This document shows positions 54,046 through 62,823 of a stretch of DNA of 64,000 nucleotides, piece by piece (the first letter of the stretch is position 1; every line of letters starts with the position of its first letter). The notes under the pieces were generated by a model. That model did not search any database and was not told the DNA's origin. It saw nothing but the letters and a program-made list of their open reading frames with translations. Origin of the DNA: Arcobacteraceae bacterium. Its GTDB lineage: Bacteria > Campylobacterota > Campylobacteria > Campylobacterales > Arcobacteraceae. The position numbers were made by a program, and so were the translations under genes. The stretch covers positions 64,001-128,000 of the forward strand of contig JBLWVX010000002.1 of assembly GCA_048268245.1 (NCBI GenBank), in the 5' to 3' direction.

Positions 54046-54729
54046 CTATTTTAAAGAATTTAAATATGCAATTAATGCAACTATTTCAGGAACCTGACCG
54101 TTTGCAACAGCATCTTTTACAGCTTGATTTTTCATATCAGCAGCAATCTCTTTTGCATCAACTTTTGCTCTTGCAATAGCAGATTCAAAATCACCTAATG
54201 GAACATCAATTTGCCCATCTCCATCAATATCAACATCGTATGGAGTATTAAATACAGTTTTTACTGTATATGCTTCTGCATATGCAGTTTCTAAATCAGC
54301 AATATTCTCAAACTGGTGAGGGTATGCTGGCATAATTGAACCAGGAACAACAGATTCTGGATCTAACATGTGATTTTCATGCCAGTCAGTAGTTCTATAG
54401 TTTCCAACTCTCATTAAGTCTGGTCCAGTTCTCTTTGATCCCCATAAGAATGGTCTATCATAAGCGTACTCACCAGATAATGAATACATACCATATCTAT
54501 CAGTTTCTGATTTAAATGGTCTAATTAATTGTGAGTGACACGCATTACAAGAATCTTTAATATATACTTGTCTACCTGCTAACTCTAATAGTGTATATGG
54601 TTTAGTACCAACTGTTGGTCTAGACTGTTTTGCAAAATCAGGAATTACTTCAATGATACCTGCAAATGAAATAAATACGAATACTAATACCGCAAAGAAA
54701 AACGGTCTTTGTTCAAACCAATGAAACAT
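54046..54729 (-). CDS. ccoO: cbb3 oxidase subunit II
   Basis: CNACHSQLIRP, WGSKRTGPDL, PGSIMP. Confidence 0.98.
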   Translation of the reverse strand: MFHWFEQRPFFFAVLVFVFISFAGIIEVIPDFAKQSRPTVGTKPYTLLELAGRQVYIKDSCNACHSQLIRPFKSETDRYGMYSLSGEYAYDRPFLWGSKRTGPDLMRVGNYRTTDWHENHMLDPESVVPGSIMPAYPHQFENIADLETAYAEAYTVKTVFNTPYDVDIDGDGQIDVPLGDFESAIARAKVDAKEIAADMKNQAVKDAVANGQVPEIVALIAYLNSLK

Positions 54730-54744
54730 AATTTTCCCTCCTTC

Positions 54745-56211
54745 TTATGCAGCTACTGGTGTAGTGTTAGCTGGTTCTTTATCAAGTACTCTACCACATT
54801 TAATAGTTTTATAAATGTTGTATGCGAACATAAAGAATCCAATTAAGTATAATAACCCACCAACAGCTCTAATAGTATAGTATGGTTTTAATACTACAAC
54901 AGTATCAATAAATGAGTAAACTAATGAACCATATTCGTCATAAGCTCTCCACATCATACCTTGTGTAATACCTGCAATCCACATAGATGTAAAGTATAAA
55001 ACAATACCAGTTGTTTGTAACCAGAATTGAGTATCCATTAATGATTTAGAGTAAATCTCTCTTTTATACATTCTTGGAACCATATGGTATAAAGCAGCCA
55101 TAATCATAAACACAACCCATCCTAATACACCATCATGTACGTGACCTGGAATCCAGTCAGTAAAGTGTGCAATTGCATTTACAGATTTAATAGCTTGAAT
55201 TGGACCTTCAATTGTAGATAACATATAGAAAGTTGAAGCTAATACCATGAATTTAATTAGTGTATTTGTTTGTAACTGTTGCCATTCACCTTTCATAGTT
55301 AAAAGCATATTAATAGCAGATCCCCATGATGGTAAGATTAATACAACTGACATTACAGAACCCATTGTCTGCATCCAATCCGGAACAGTTGAATAAATAA
55401 GGTGGTGTCCACCAGCCCATAAGTAAACAAATAATAATCCCCAGAATGCTAAGATAGAAAGTTTATAAGAATAAACATTTTGTCCTGACTCTTTAGGTAA
55501 AAAGTAATAAATTAAAGCAATAATTGGTGTAGTAAATACGAATGCAACAGCATTGTGTCCATACCACCATTGTACTAGTGCATCATTTGTACCTGAATAC
55601 ATAGAAACTGAGTGAATCCACGATCCATAACCTGATACTAATGCAGTTGGAACTTCCATATTGTTAAATAAATATAACATTGCAACAGCAATAAATGTAG
55701 CAATCATATACCAAATTGAAATATATAAAGTTCTTTCTCTTCTAATTCCAATTAAACCAAAAATAGAGATACCCCATAAAACCCACCATACAACAACTAA
55801 AATGTCTAATGGCCACTCTAATTCAGCATACTCTTTTGAAGTTGTAATACCCATAAATAGAGTAACAACAGCTAAAAGAATTGTGATAAAATATAGAGCA
55901 AAATGTAATTTTGCTACTGCCATTAAAAATGGCGATTCTTTTAAAGAAACTTTTAATACTCTTTGAGAAAGGTAATACCATCCTGCAAAGATACCACTTA
56001 GAGCAAAACCAAAAGCAACACCATTAGTGTGTAAAGGTCTTAATCTACTGAAAGTACCATATTCCCCTGCTAAGTTATTTAAACCTGGGAAAGCTAATTG
56101 AAACGCTAGTATAACACCAATTGTCATACCAATGATACCAAACAAAATTGTTGCAAATGTAAAGGCTTTTGCAACTGAGTAATCATACTCAATTTTTGCA
56201 CCGTTTTGCAT
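54745..56211 (-). CDS. ccoN: cbb3 oxidase subunit I (start ATG 56211 or TTG 56214)
   Basis: RLRPLHTN, QWWYGHNAV, WAGGHH, GHVH. Confidence 0.99.
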   Translation of the reverse strand: MQNGAKIEYDYSVAKAFTFATILFGIIGMTIGVILAFQLAFPGLNNLAGEYGTFSRLRPLHTNGVAFGFALSGIFAGWYYLSQRVLKVSLKESPFLMAVAKLHFALYFITILLAVVTLFMGITTSKEYAELEWPLDILVVVWWVLWGISIFGLIGIRRERTLYISIWYMIATFIAVAMLYLFNNMEVPTALVSGYGSWIHSVSMYSGTNDALVQWWYGHNAVAFVFTTPIIALIYYFLPKESGQNVYSYKLSILAFWGLLFVYLWAGGHHLIYSTVPDWMQTMGSVMSVVLILPSWGSAINMLLTMKGEWQQLQTNTLIKFMVLASTFYMLSTIEGPIQAIKSVNAIAHFTDWIPGHVHDGVLGWVVFMIMAALYHMVPRMYKREIYSKSLMDTQFWLQTTGIVLYFTSMWIAGITQGMMWRAYDEYGSLVYSFIDTVVVLKPYYTIRAVGGLLYLIGFFMFAYNIYKTIKCGRVLDKEPANTTPVAA

Positions 56212-56322
56212 CAATCTCCTCCTACTAATTTTATATACAAGTCACAAATCGTCACTTATGCTAAATATTAGCTAAATGCCTCTAAAGTTTTACTTAATTT
56301 TAGTAGTATTTAAGTATTTTAT

Positions 56323-56372
56323 TAACAAATATTTAACAATTAAATAACAACTCTATAATGATAATAATTATC
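56323..56372. promoter_or_regulatory. Three TAACAA repeats at 11-bp spacing followed by a Fur-box-like site
   Basis: TAACAA at 56323, 56334 and 56345; TATAATGATAATAATTATC at 56354-56372 is 17/19 to GATAATGATAATCATTATC. Confidence 0.65.
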
Positions 56373-56666
56373 TGTTTTGCTATTTTAATCTTATTTTTCT
56401 TATTTACAGTTTTGTATAATTTAAACTTATGTTTTTATTGAGCCTATAGATAAATATATTTTTGTAAAGGCCTTATTATAGGCTTTTGTTATTGCTTTTA
56501 TTTTTAAAAAGTTAAATTTTTATAAATCTAACATTTTATTTTTCTTTTAATATGATTATTTTAAAGTAGAATAAAAGCCTAACATGAATGATTTTTCAGT
56601 CAAATTACATAATTAGTAATTAATAATAGTTATTTAATGAATTTTATTATTAACTTGGAAGTTTTA

Positions 56667-57143
56667 TCACTTCCAGTTTTTTAGTGTCTGTTGAGTCTCT
56701 CTTTGCATAGTTTTTCTCTTCATATCTTCTCTTTTATCATGAAGTTTTTTACCTTGTGCAGTTGCTATTTGAACCTTTACCATATTCTTTGAATTAAAGT
56801 ACAATTTTAGTGCAACTATAGTAATACCATCTTTAGTAACTTTAGTATGAAGTTTTTCTATTTCTTTTCTGTGAAGTAATAGTTTTCTATCTCTTCTCTC
56901 ATTTGGTCTAAAAGTTGTATGTGCCGTACTTAAATGGGAAATATGCATATTTAGTAAAAATACTTCATCTTTTATAATTCTAATGTGAGTATCTTTTAAG
57001 TTAACTCTACCTTCTCTTATAGCTTTTACTTCACTTCCTTGAAGAGATATTCCAGCTTCATATGTATCTAAAATATGATAGTCATGCCATGCTTTTTTAT
57101 TTTTGAATACTAAATTTTTATCTTTTTCTTTCTTTTTTGCCAT
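56667..57143 (-). CDS. smpB: SsrA-binding protein
   Basis: [30 protein letters not shown]. Confidence 0.99.
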   Translation of the reverse strand: MAKKKEKDKNLVFKNKKAWHDYHILDTYEAGISLQGSEVKAIREGRVNLKDTHIRIIKDEVFLLNMHISHLSTAHTTFRPNERRDRKLLLHRKEIEKLHTKVTKDGITIVALKLYFNSKNMVKVQIATAQGKKLHDKREDMKRKTMQRETQQTLKNWK

Positions 57144-57907
57144 TAGTTTTCCTCATTTATTGTAAAAAAAGAGCTTCCACTACCACTAAAATACCAATTG
57201 CTTTTTGCATATTCTTCTAAAAGTGGTTCAGACATGATTGCAGGTTCATATAAATCGTTAGCTTCTTTTATATTAAATTCTTTTAAAATATCTATTGACT
57301 TCATGCTTAATAGTTTTTCTTTTTCTACTTCTTTTATTTCTTTATAAAAGTGTTTTCTAAAAAGTGTAAATATTTTACCTGTGTCACATTTTATATTTGG
57401 AGTTATTGTTTTTATATTCAAAGGTTTTTCTTCAAACTCTTCTACAATCTCACCAATCCCTGTAACATTTGCACTGTCATATTCATATACAAAAAATGGA
57501 ACATCTGCACCAATTTTTACAGCTATATTGCATAGTTCATCTTTTGATAGCCCTAAATTACAATATTTATTTGCCATAATTAAAAAAGTAGCAGCATTTG
57601 AACTTCCACCCCCAAGTCCTGCAAACTCTGGGATATTTTTATCAATCTTTACACTATATTCTTGAAAAAAATTCTCAACACTTTTCATGTGTTTTATCAA
57701 ATTGTATGCTTTATATACAGTATTTGATTCTAATTTACATCCAAAATCCCCTATAATGTTAAAAGCTTTCCTATTCGTTTTAACAAAAGAGAATTCGTCA
57801 TACAGACTATGAACTCGTATGAACCTAGATACAAGTTCATGGTATGTATCTCTTTTTCCAGCTATTTTTAAAAATATATTAACTTTTGCGTAAGACTTAG
57901 CATACAT
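57143..57907 (-). CDS. ispE: 4-diphosphocytidyl-2-C-methyl-D-erythritol kinase
   Basis: [34 protein letters not shown]. Confidence 0.97.
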   Translation of the reverse strand: MYAKSYAKVNIFLKIAGKRDTYHELVSRFIRVHSLYDEFSFVKTNRKAFNIIGDFGCKLESNTVYKAYNLIKHMKSVENFFQEYSVKIDKNIPEFAGLGGGSSNAATFLIMANKYCNLGLSKDELCNIAVKIGADVPFFVYEYDSANVTGIGEIVEEFEEKPLNIKTITPNIKCDTGKIFTLFRKHFYKEIKEVEKEKLLSMKSIDILKEFNIKEANDLYEPAIMSEPLLEEYAKSNWYFSGSGSSFFTINEEN

Positions 57908-58755
57908 TACAATACAACCTTATTTAAAAGATATTTAACTTTAGCTTTTTCAATTTGAATTATACTAAAAAATGTATCAAACACAAGTAGATATTTTCCA
58001 TCATTTTTATTTTCTAAATAATCAATTGAGATTTTTTTTCCAGTATCAAGCCATTCTTTTGTGCCAAAATATTTATTTTGAGGTAAATCTATATAATCAA
58101 GTGGATTTAAATCTTTTTCATTTTCATAGAAAAATTTACCCTCATTAAGTCTTTCTAGGTATGACAATGTCCCTTTTCTGTTAACTCTTTTAAGTAATAT
58201 CTGAGCTAAACTTCTAATATATGAGCCTTCACTAACTGTAGCTTCAAAAGTAATAAAAGGATGATTATAAGAAATAAATTTTGTATCACTTATAGTCATA
58301 GATGATTTTTTCATCTCGACTTCTTTGCCTTCTCTTGCCAAGTCATAAGCTCTTTTTCCATTAATCTTCTTAGCTGAAAATTTTGGAGGATAATATTCGT
58401 GTGTTCCTTGAAGTTTTACCACTTCTTCCTTGATAAGTTCAAGTTCAAGTCTTTGTTCATTTTCAATACTTATCATATTTTCAATATCCAAAGATTCAGA
58501 TTGTGCACCAAGCCATACTACAGCCCTGTATGTTTTAGGTGTTTTACTCATATAATTAAAAAGTTTTGAGTATTGTCCAAAAGCAACTATAAGACATCCA
58601 CAAGCAAATGGGTCTAGTGTTCCACTAAAACCTGCCTTTTTATTTTTGTATTTTCTTTTTATTTGATTTAAATAGGAGTTAGAACTTCTAAAAATCGGTT
58701 TTTTTACAACAATTAATTTATTTAATGGTTCTTTATTATATAACTTTTTTTGCAA
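57907..58755 (-). CDS. truB: tRNA pseudouridine-55 synthase (TTG start)
   Basis: KAGFSGTLDPFA, PPKFSAKKINGKRAY, SEGSYIRSL. Confidence 0.97.
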   Translation of the reverse strand: MQKKLYNKEPLNKLIVVKKPIFRSSNSYLNQIKRKYKNKKAGFSGTLDPFACGCLIVAFGQYSKLFNYMSKTPKTYRAVVWLGAQSESLDIENMISIENEQRLELELIKEEVVKLQGTHEYYPPKFSAKKINGKRAYDLAREGKEVEMKKSSMTISDTKFISYNHPFITFEATVSEGSYIRSLAQILLKRVNRKGTLSYLERLNEGKFFYENEKDLNPLDYIDLPQNKYFGTKEWLDTGKKISIDYLENKNDGKYLLVFDTFFSIIQIEKAKVKYLLNKVVL

Positions 58756-58767
58756 TTAAAAACTCTT

Positions 58768-60822
58768 TTATATTTTTTCTACAAATGAAGATAAGATATC
58801 TCTTCTTTGTCCACCAAAATTAATAGTTAGTTTATAGTCTTTACCTGCTTTATTTGCTTTTTGAATTCTTCCCATACCAAATATTTTATGTTGAACTAAA
58901 TCACCTTTTTTAAATGATGAGTGCTTTTCAATAGTTAGACACCCTTTAATAAGTCCTGATTCACTTAAAAATCTAGATTTTGTTAAAGAAGTTCTTTTCC
59001 CTTTATAAAATCTCGAATGAGCAAAAGATAAAGTCAAATTATCCATAGCTCTAGTAATCGCAACATAACCTAATCTTCTTTCTTCTTCAATATCACTACC
59101 ATCACCTGTGATTGGAAAGAATCCTTCTTCAAAACCAATAATAAACAAGTGTTTAAATTCTAAACCTTTTGAAGCATGTATACTCATCATCGAAACTGCT
59201 TCATTATAAAGTCCATCATTTTCACTCTCTAATGCTATTTCATTTAAAAAGTCTTTTAAATCTAAGTGTGGATTTTGAATAAAGAAATCTCTGATATATC
59301 CATAGAACTCATCAATATTTCCTTGTCTATCAAAACCATCTGGAACAGTATCGTATGATGCTCTATAATCAAAAGCTTCTTCAAAAGAGTCTAAGAATTT
59401 CATTTTAGACTCTTTTAATTGTTCTTTTAAATCCATTATAGAAGCTTCAAACACTTTAAGTGTTCTTGAATTTTTCTTTCCTACAACTGCTGATAACTCT
59501 TCTGCATCAAAATTTTGAATTATTTCAAAAATAGGTTTTTTAAGTTCTGCTGATTTTGCATCAAGCTTTTCAATAGTAGTTTTTCCAATACCTCTTTTAG
59601 GTTTATTTACAATTCTTTTTAAAGAGAAGTTATCATGTGAGTTTGTAAGTACTCTAAAATATGCAATTAAATCTTTAATTTCTGCTCTTTCATAGAACTT
59701 CATTCCACCAACTAGTTTATAGTTAAGCCCTGCTCTATTAAATCCTTCTTCTAAAGATCTTGATAAAGCATTTACTCTAAAAAGTATTGCAACGTCTTTT
59801 GCACTAATACCACTATCTAAAAGTTTTTTAATATCGTCAATTATTTTTCTTGTTTCTTCATTTTCATCATGTGACTCATAAATTCTAATAGAATCACCTT
59901 TTTGTCTAGTTCCAACAAGCTTTTTGCCAAGTCTATCTCTATTATGCTCAATTAGCTGATTTGCATGATCTAAGATTGTATCAGTTGACCTATAGTTTTC
60001 TTCTAATTTTACAACTTTTGTATCTTCAAAATGCTCACTAAAATTAAGAATATTTTTAATTGTAGCACCTCTCCAACCATAAATAGATTGGTCATCATCA
60101 CCAACTACACAAAGATTGTTATGTGATGAACAAAGTTTTTTAAGTAATTTATATTGAAGCTCATTTGTATCTTGATACTCATCAACCATAATGTATTGGT
60201 ATTTTTGGCTAATTTCTTGAGCTAATTTGTCATTGTTTTTTAATATCAAATATGGAAGTAAAATCAAATCATCAAAATCAACAAGATTATTTTTCTCTAG
60301 ATAAGATTCATATTTCTCATAAACATCTGCTATTTGTTGATAAAGCTTTAATTCAGCACCAGCTTTTGCTTCACTTGGAGTGATTAAAGTATTTTTGTAT
60401 TTTGATATTTCACTAACTAAAAGTGATGTTGTTATATCTTTATCTATTGATTTTAATATTCTTTTTTTATCATCAGTATCAATAATAATGAAATTATTCT
60501 TTCTATCAAGTTCGCTCATGTGAAACTTTAGGAAAAGCAATCCAAATTTGTGGAATGTACATAATAATGGTGGAGTATTTATCATTGCTGGATCAATCAA
60601 AGAGAATGCTCTTTCTCTCATCTCTGCTGCTGCTTTATTTGTAAAAGTAAGAGTTAGAATAGAACTTGGATCTATTCCTATTGAAATCAAATATGCAAGC
60701 CTTGTTGTGATTGTTTTTGTTTTTCCAGATCCCGCACCCGCTAAAATTAACAGTGAACCATCGATATGTTGTGCTGCATCTTTTTGTGAATCGTTTAGTA
60801 ATGATAATAGATTTTCTGACAT
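58768..60822 (-). CDS. UvrD/PcrA/Rep family DNA helicase
   Basis: AGAGSGKT, DEYQDTN, GDDDQSIY, HASKGLEF, EEERRL; SD GGAG before ATG 60822. Confidence 0.96.
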   Translation of the reverse strand: MSENLLSLLNDSQKDAAQHIDGSLLILAGAGSGKTKTITTRLAYLISIGIDPSSILTLTFTNKAAAEMRERAFSLIDPAMINTPPLLCTFHKFGLLFLKFHMSELDRKNNFIIIDTDDKKRILKSIDKDITTSLLVSEISKYKNTLITPSEAKAGAELKLYQQIADVYEKYESYLEKNNLVDFDDLILLPYLILKNNDKLAQEISQKYQYIMVDEYQDTNELQYKLLKKLCSSHNNLCVVGDDDQSIYGWRGATIKNILNFSEHFEDTKVVKLEENYRSTDTILDHANQLIEHNRDRLGKKLVGTRQKGDSIRIYESHDENEETRKIIDDIKKLLDSGISAKDVAILFRVNALSRSLEEGFNRAGLNYKLVGGMKFYERAEIKDLIAYFRVLTNSHDNFSLKRIVNKPKRGIGKTTIEKLDAKSAELKKPIFEIIQNFDAEELSAVVGKKNSRTLKVFEASIMDLKEQLKESKMKFLDSFEEAFDYRASYDTVPDGFDRQGNIDEFYGYIRDFFIQNPHLDLKDFLNEIALESENDGLYNEAVSMMSIHASKGLEFKHLFIIGFEEGFFPITGDGSDIEEERRLGYVAITRAMDNLTLSFAHSRFYKGKRTSLTKSRFLSESGLIKGCLTIEKHSSFKKGDLVQHKIFGMGRIQKANKAGKDYKLTINFGGQRRDILSSFVEKI

Positions 60823-60939
60823 TTCTTCTCCCAATAATATATAATTATACCACATATAAATTAAATTCACTATTTCTCTTAATTATTCTATATATAAATA
60901 AATGTTATTATAATCATAATTTATTTTACGGAGGTTATA

Positions 60940-61836
60940 ATGCTAACAGATTTTGCTAAACTAGAGACATTTCTAACAGTTGTTAGAGAAAAGTCCTTCT
61001 CAAAAGCTTCAGCAAAACTTGGTATTTCTCAACCTGCTGTAACACAACAAATGAGATATATTGAAGACTACTTAGATGTTCAAGTTGTTGATAGAAAGAA
61101 AAATGGAATTAGACTTACAAAAGAAGGTCAAATGCTATATTCTATTGCACTTAAAATTGAAAAATGTGTTGCAAATGGCGAAAAAGAACTACTAAAAATT
61201 ATGAACAAAGATGTTACTTTTGTTTTCGGAGCATCTTTTATTATTGGAAACTATATTTTACCTAGATTTTTAAACAATCTTAAAGAGAATATTAATAATG
61301 AAGTATCAATAAATGTTTCAGTTTCTCATGAAGCAATTGAAGATTTACTTGATAAAAAAATTGATATGGCATTAGTTGAAAACTATGTTCCAAATGAAGA
61401 TATTATTTACAGAGAATGGATGGAAGATGAAATAGTAATTTTCTCAAACCAAAAACTTCCTTCAAGAGCAAAAGCTGAAGATTTATTATCATACAAATGG
61501 GTATGTAGAAATCCGGACTCTCATACAAGAGCAATCTTTAAAGAGAATCTTGATAAAGCAAACTTCCCTGATTGTGATACTTTTGATGTTACAAGTGAAG
61601 TTACAAGTGCTACAACTATTGTACAAACAGTTTTACACTCAGATAAAAATGCAACACCTACAGTATCAATTGTTTCAAGAAATGCAATTGAATCACTTTT
61701 AAAATCTGGTGCTTTATATGAATCAAGAATTAATAATCAAAAAATGGTTAGAAAATTATATATTGCGTACAGAAAAGATAGAAAACATGATGCGTTTATA
61801 GACAATGTTGTTGACTATCTTCTAAAAATGAAATAA
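60940..61836 (+). CDS. LysR family transcriptional regulator
   Basis: SFSKAS.KLGISQPAVT HTH, LTKEG. Confidence 0.96.
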   Translation: MLTDFAKLETFLTVVREKSFSKASAKLGISQPAVTQQMRYIEDYLDVQVVDRKKNGIRLTKEGQMLYSIALKIEKCVANGEKELLKIMNKDVTFVFGASFIIGNYILPRFLNNLKENINNEVSINVSVSHEAIEDLLDKKIDMALVENYVPNEDIIYREWMEDEIVIFSNQKLPSRAKAEDLLSYKWVCRNPDSHTRAIFKENLDKANFPDCDTFDVTSEVTSATTIVQTVLHSDKNATPTVSIVSRNAIESLLKSGALYESRINNQKMVRKLYIAYRKDRKHDAFIDNVVDYLLKMK

Positions 61837-61860
61837 GTATTAGAATTCTAATACTTATTT
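61831..61860. terminator. 30-bp perfect palindrome, probable bidirectional terminator
   Basis: AAATAAGTATTAGAATTCTAATACTTATTT between convergent stop codons. Confidence 0.7.
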
Positions 61861-62822
61861 TAATAGTTAAGACCCTCTTTTTCTAAAGCTAATCTTATTT
61901 TTTTCATTTGAGTATGTTTATCTCTACACCAATCAGGTGATAAAAGTGTATCATCATCAATTCCAGCTGTAATTCTTTGAATTGAAATATTTTTTGGTAA
62001 ATCAACTATTGATTTTACTACTGTATCTATATATAAATCCTCAGTAATAGGAGTAAATCTTCCTTTTCTAAACTCATTAGTTAATAAAGTGTTTTTTACT
62101 ACATATAAAGGATGGAATTTGATTGAATCAACATCAAGTTCAATAGTCTGCTTAAATGACTCAAGCATCATCTCTTGATCTTCACCGGGAAGTCCATAAA
62201 TTAAATGTCCACAAACATTTAATCCTTTTTCCTTACTTCTTTTTATCCAGTATTTCATATTTTCAACACTATCACCTCTATTGATTACATCAAGTGTTTC
62301 ATCATAGAATGACTGAATTCCATACTCAACCCAAATTTCTTTATCTTTAGAAAGATCCACTAGATAGTCTAATATTTCATCTGTTACACAATCTGTTCTT
62401 GTACCAATACTAAGACCTATCACATTGTCAAAAGATAAGGCTTTTTCATATAAAGCTTTTAGTGTTGAAAAAGGAGCATATGTGTTTGTGAAAGATTGAA
62501 AATACACAATAAACTTTCCAACACCAAACTTATTTTGTAACCTATCTCTTGTTGCAGCAAATTGCATTTCAAGTTGTTTTAGTTGATTATCTAAGTATGG
62601 ATTTTCTTCAATTTTTGGATTTAGTTTAAATTTAGTTTTTTTCTCTTTTAGATTAGGAGAGAAAGAGTCATTCTCGCAAAAAGAACAACCCCCTTTAGCT
62701 TTTGTTCCATCAATATTAGGACATGTAAATCCCGATATTGAGATTGGAACTTTATATACTTTTTCTCCAAACTTGTTTTTAAAATATCTACCTATTGTTA
62801 AAACGTCTTTTAAATTACTCAT
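61860..62822 (-). CDS. Radical SAM protein, YhcC/YtqA (TIGR01212)-like
   Basis: GFTCPNIDG....GGCSFC, YFQSFTNTYA, IGTRTDC, KFHPL. Confidence 0.9.
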   Translation of the reverse strand: MSNLKDVLTIGRYFKNKFGEKVYKVPISISGFTCPNIDGTKAKGGCSFCENDSFSPNLKEKKTKFKLNPKIEENPYLDNQLKQLEMQFAATRDRLQNKFGVGKFIVYFQSFTNTYAPFSTLKALYEKALSFDNVIGLSIGTRTDCVTDEILDYLVDLSKDKEIWVEYGIQSFYDETLDVINRGDSVENMKYWIKRSKEKGLNVCGHLIYGLPGEDQEMMLESFKQTIELDVDSIKFHPLYVVKNTLLTNEFRKGRFTPITEDLYIDTVVKSIVDLPKNISIQRITAGIDDDTLLSPDWCRDKHTQMKKIRLALEKEGLNY

Positions 62823-62823
62823 C

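Noticed and set aside
56241..56255. GTCAC-N5-GTCAC as a Pho box near ccoN
   Set aside because: Spacing is 10 rather than 11 bp and the match is too short to support.
56215..56666. tmRNA or 6S RNA next to smpB
   Set aside because: No tRNA-like GGGG../..CCA ends or tag frame, and the region is far too AT-rich.
1210..60959. Numerous short overlapping ORFs in the track (e.g. 1210-1515, 7810-8136, 12155-12454, 19151-19438, 28796-29152, 51113-51511, 55661-55966, 60548-60844)
   Set aside because: These are antisense or out-of-frame shadows of well-supported genes, with no recognisable motifs.
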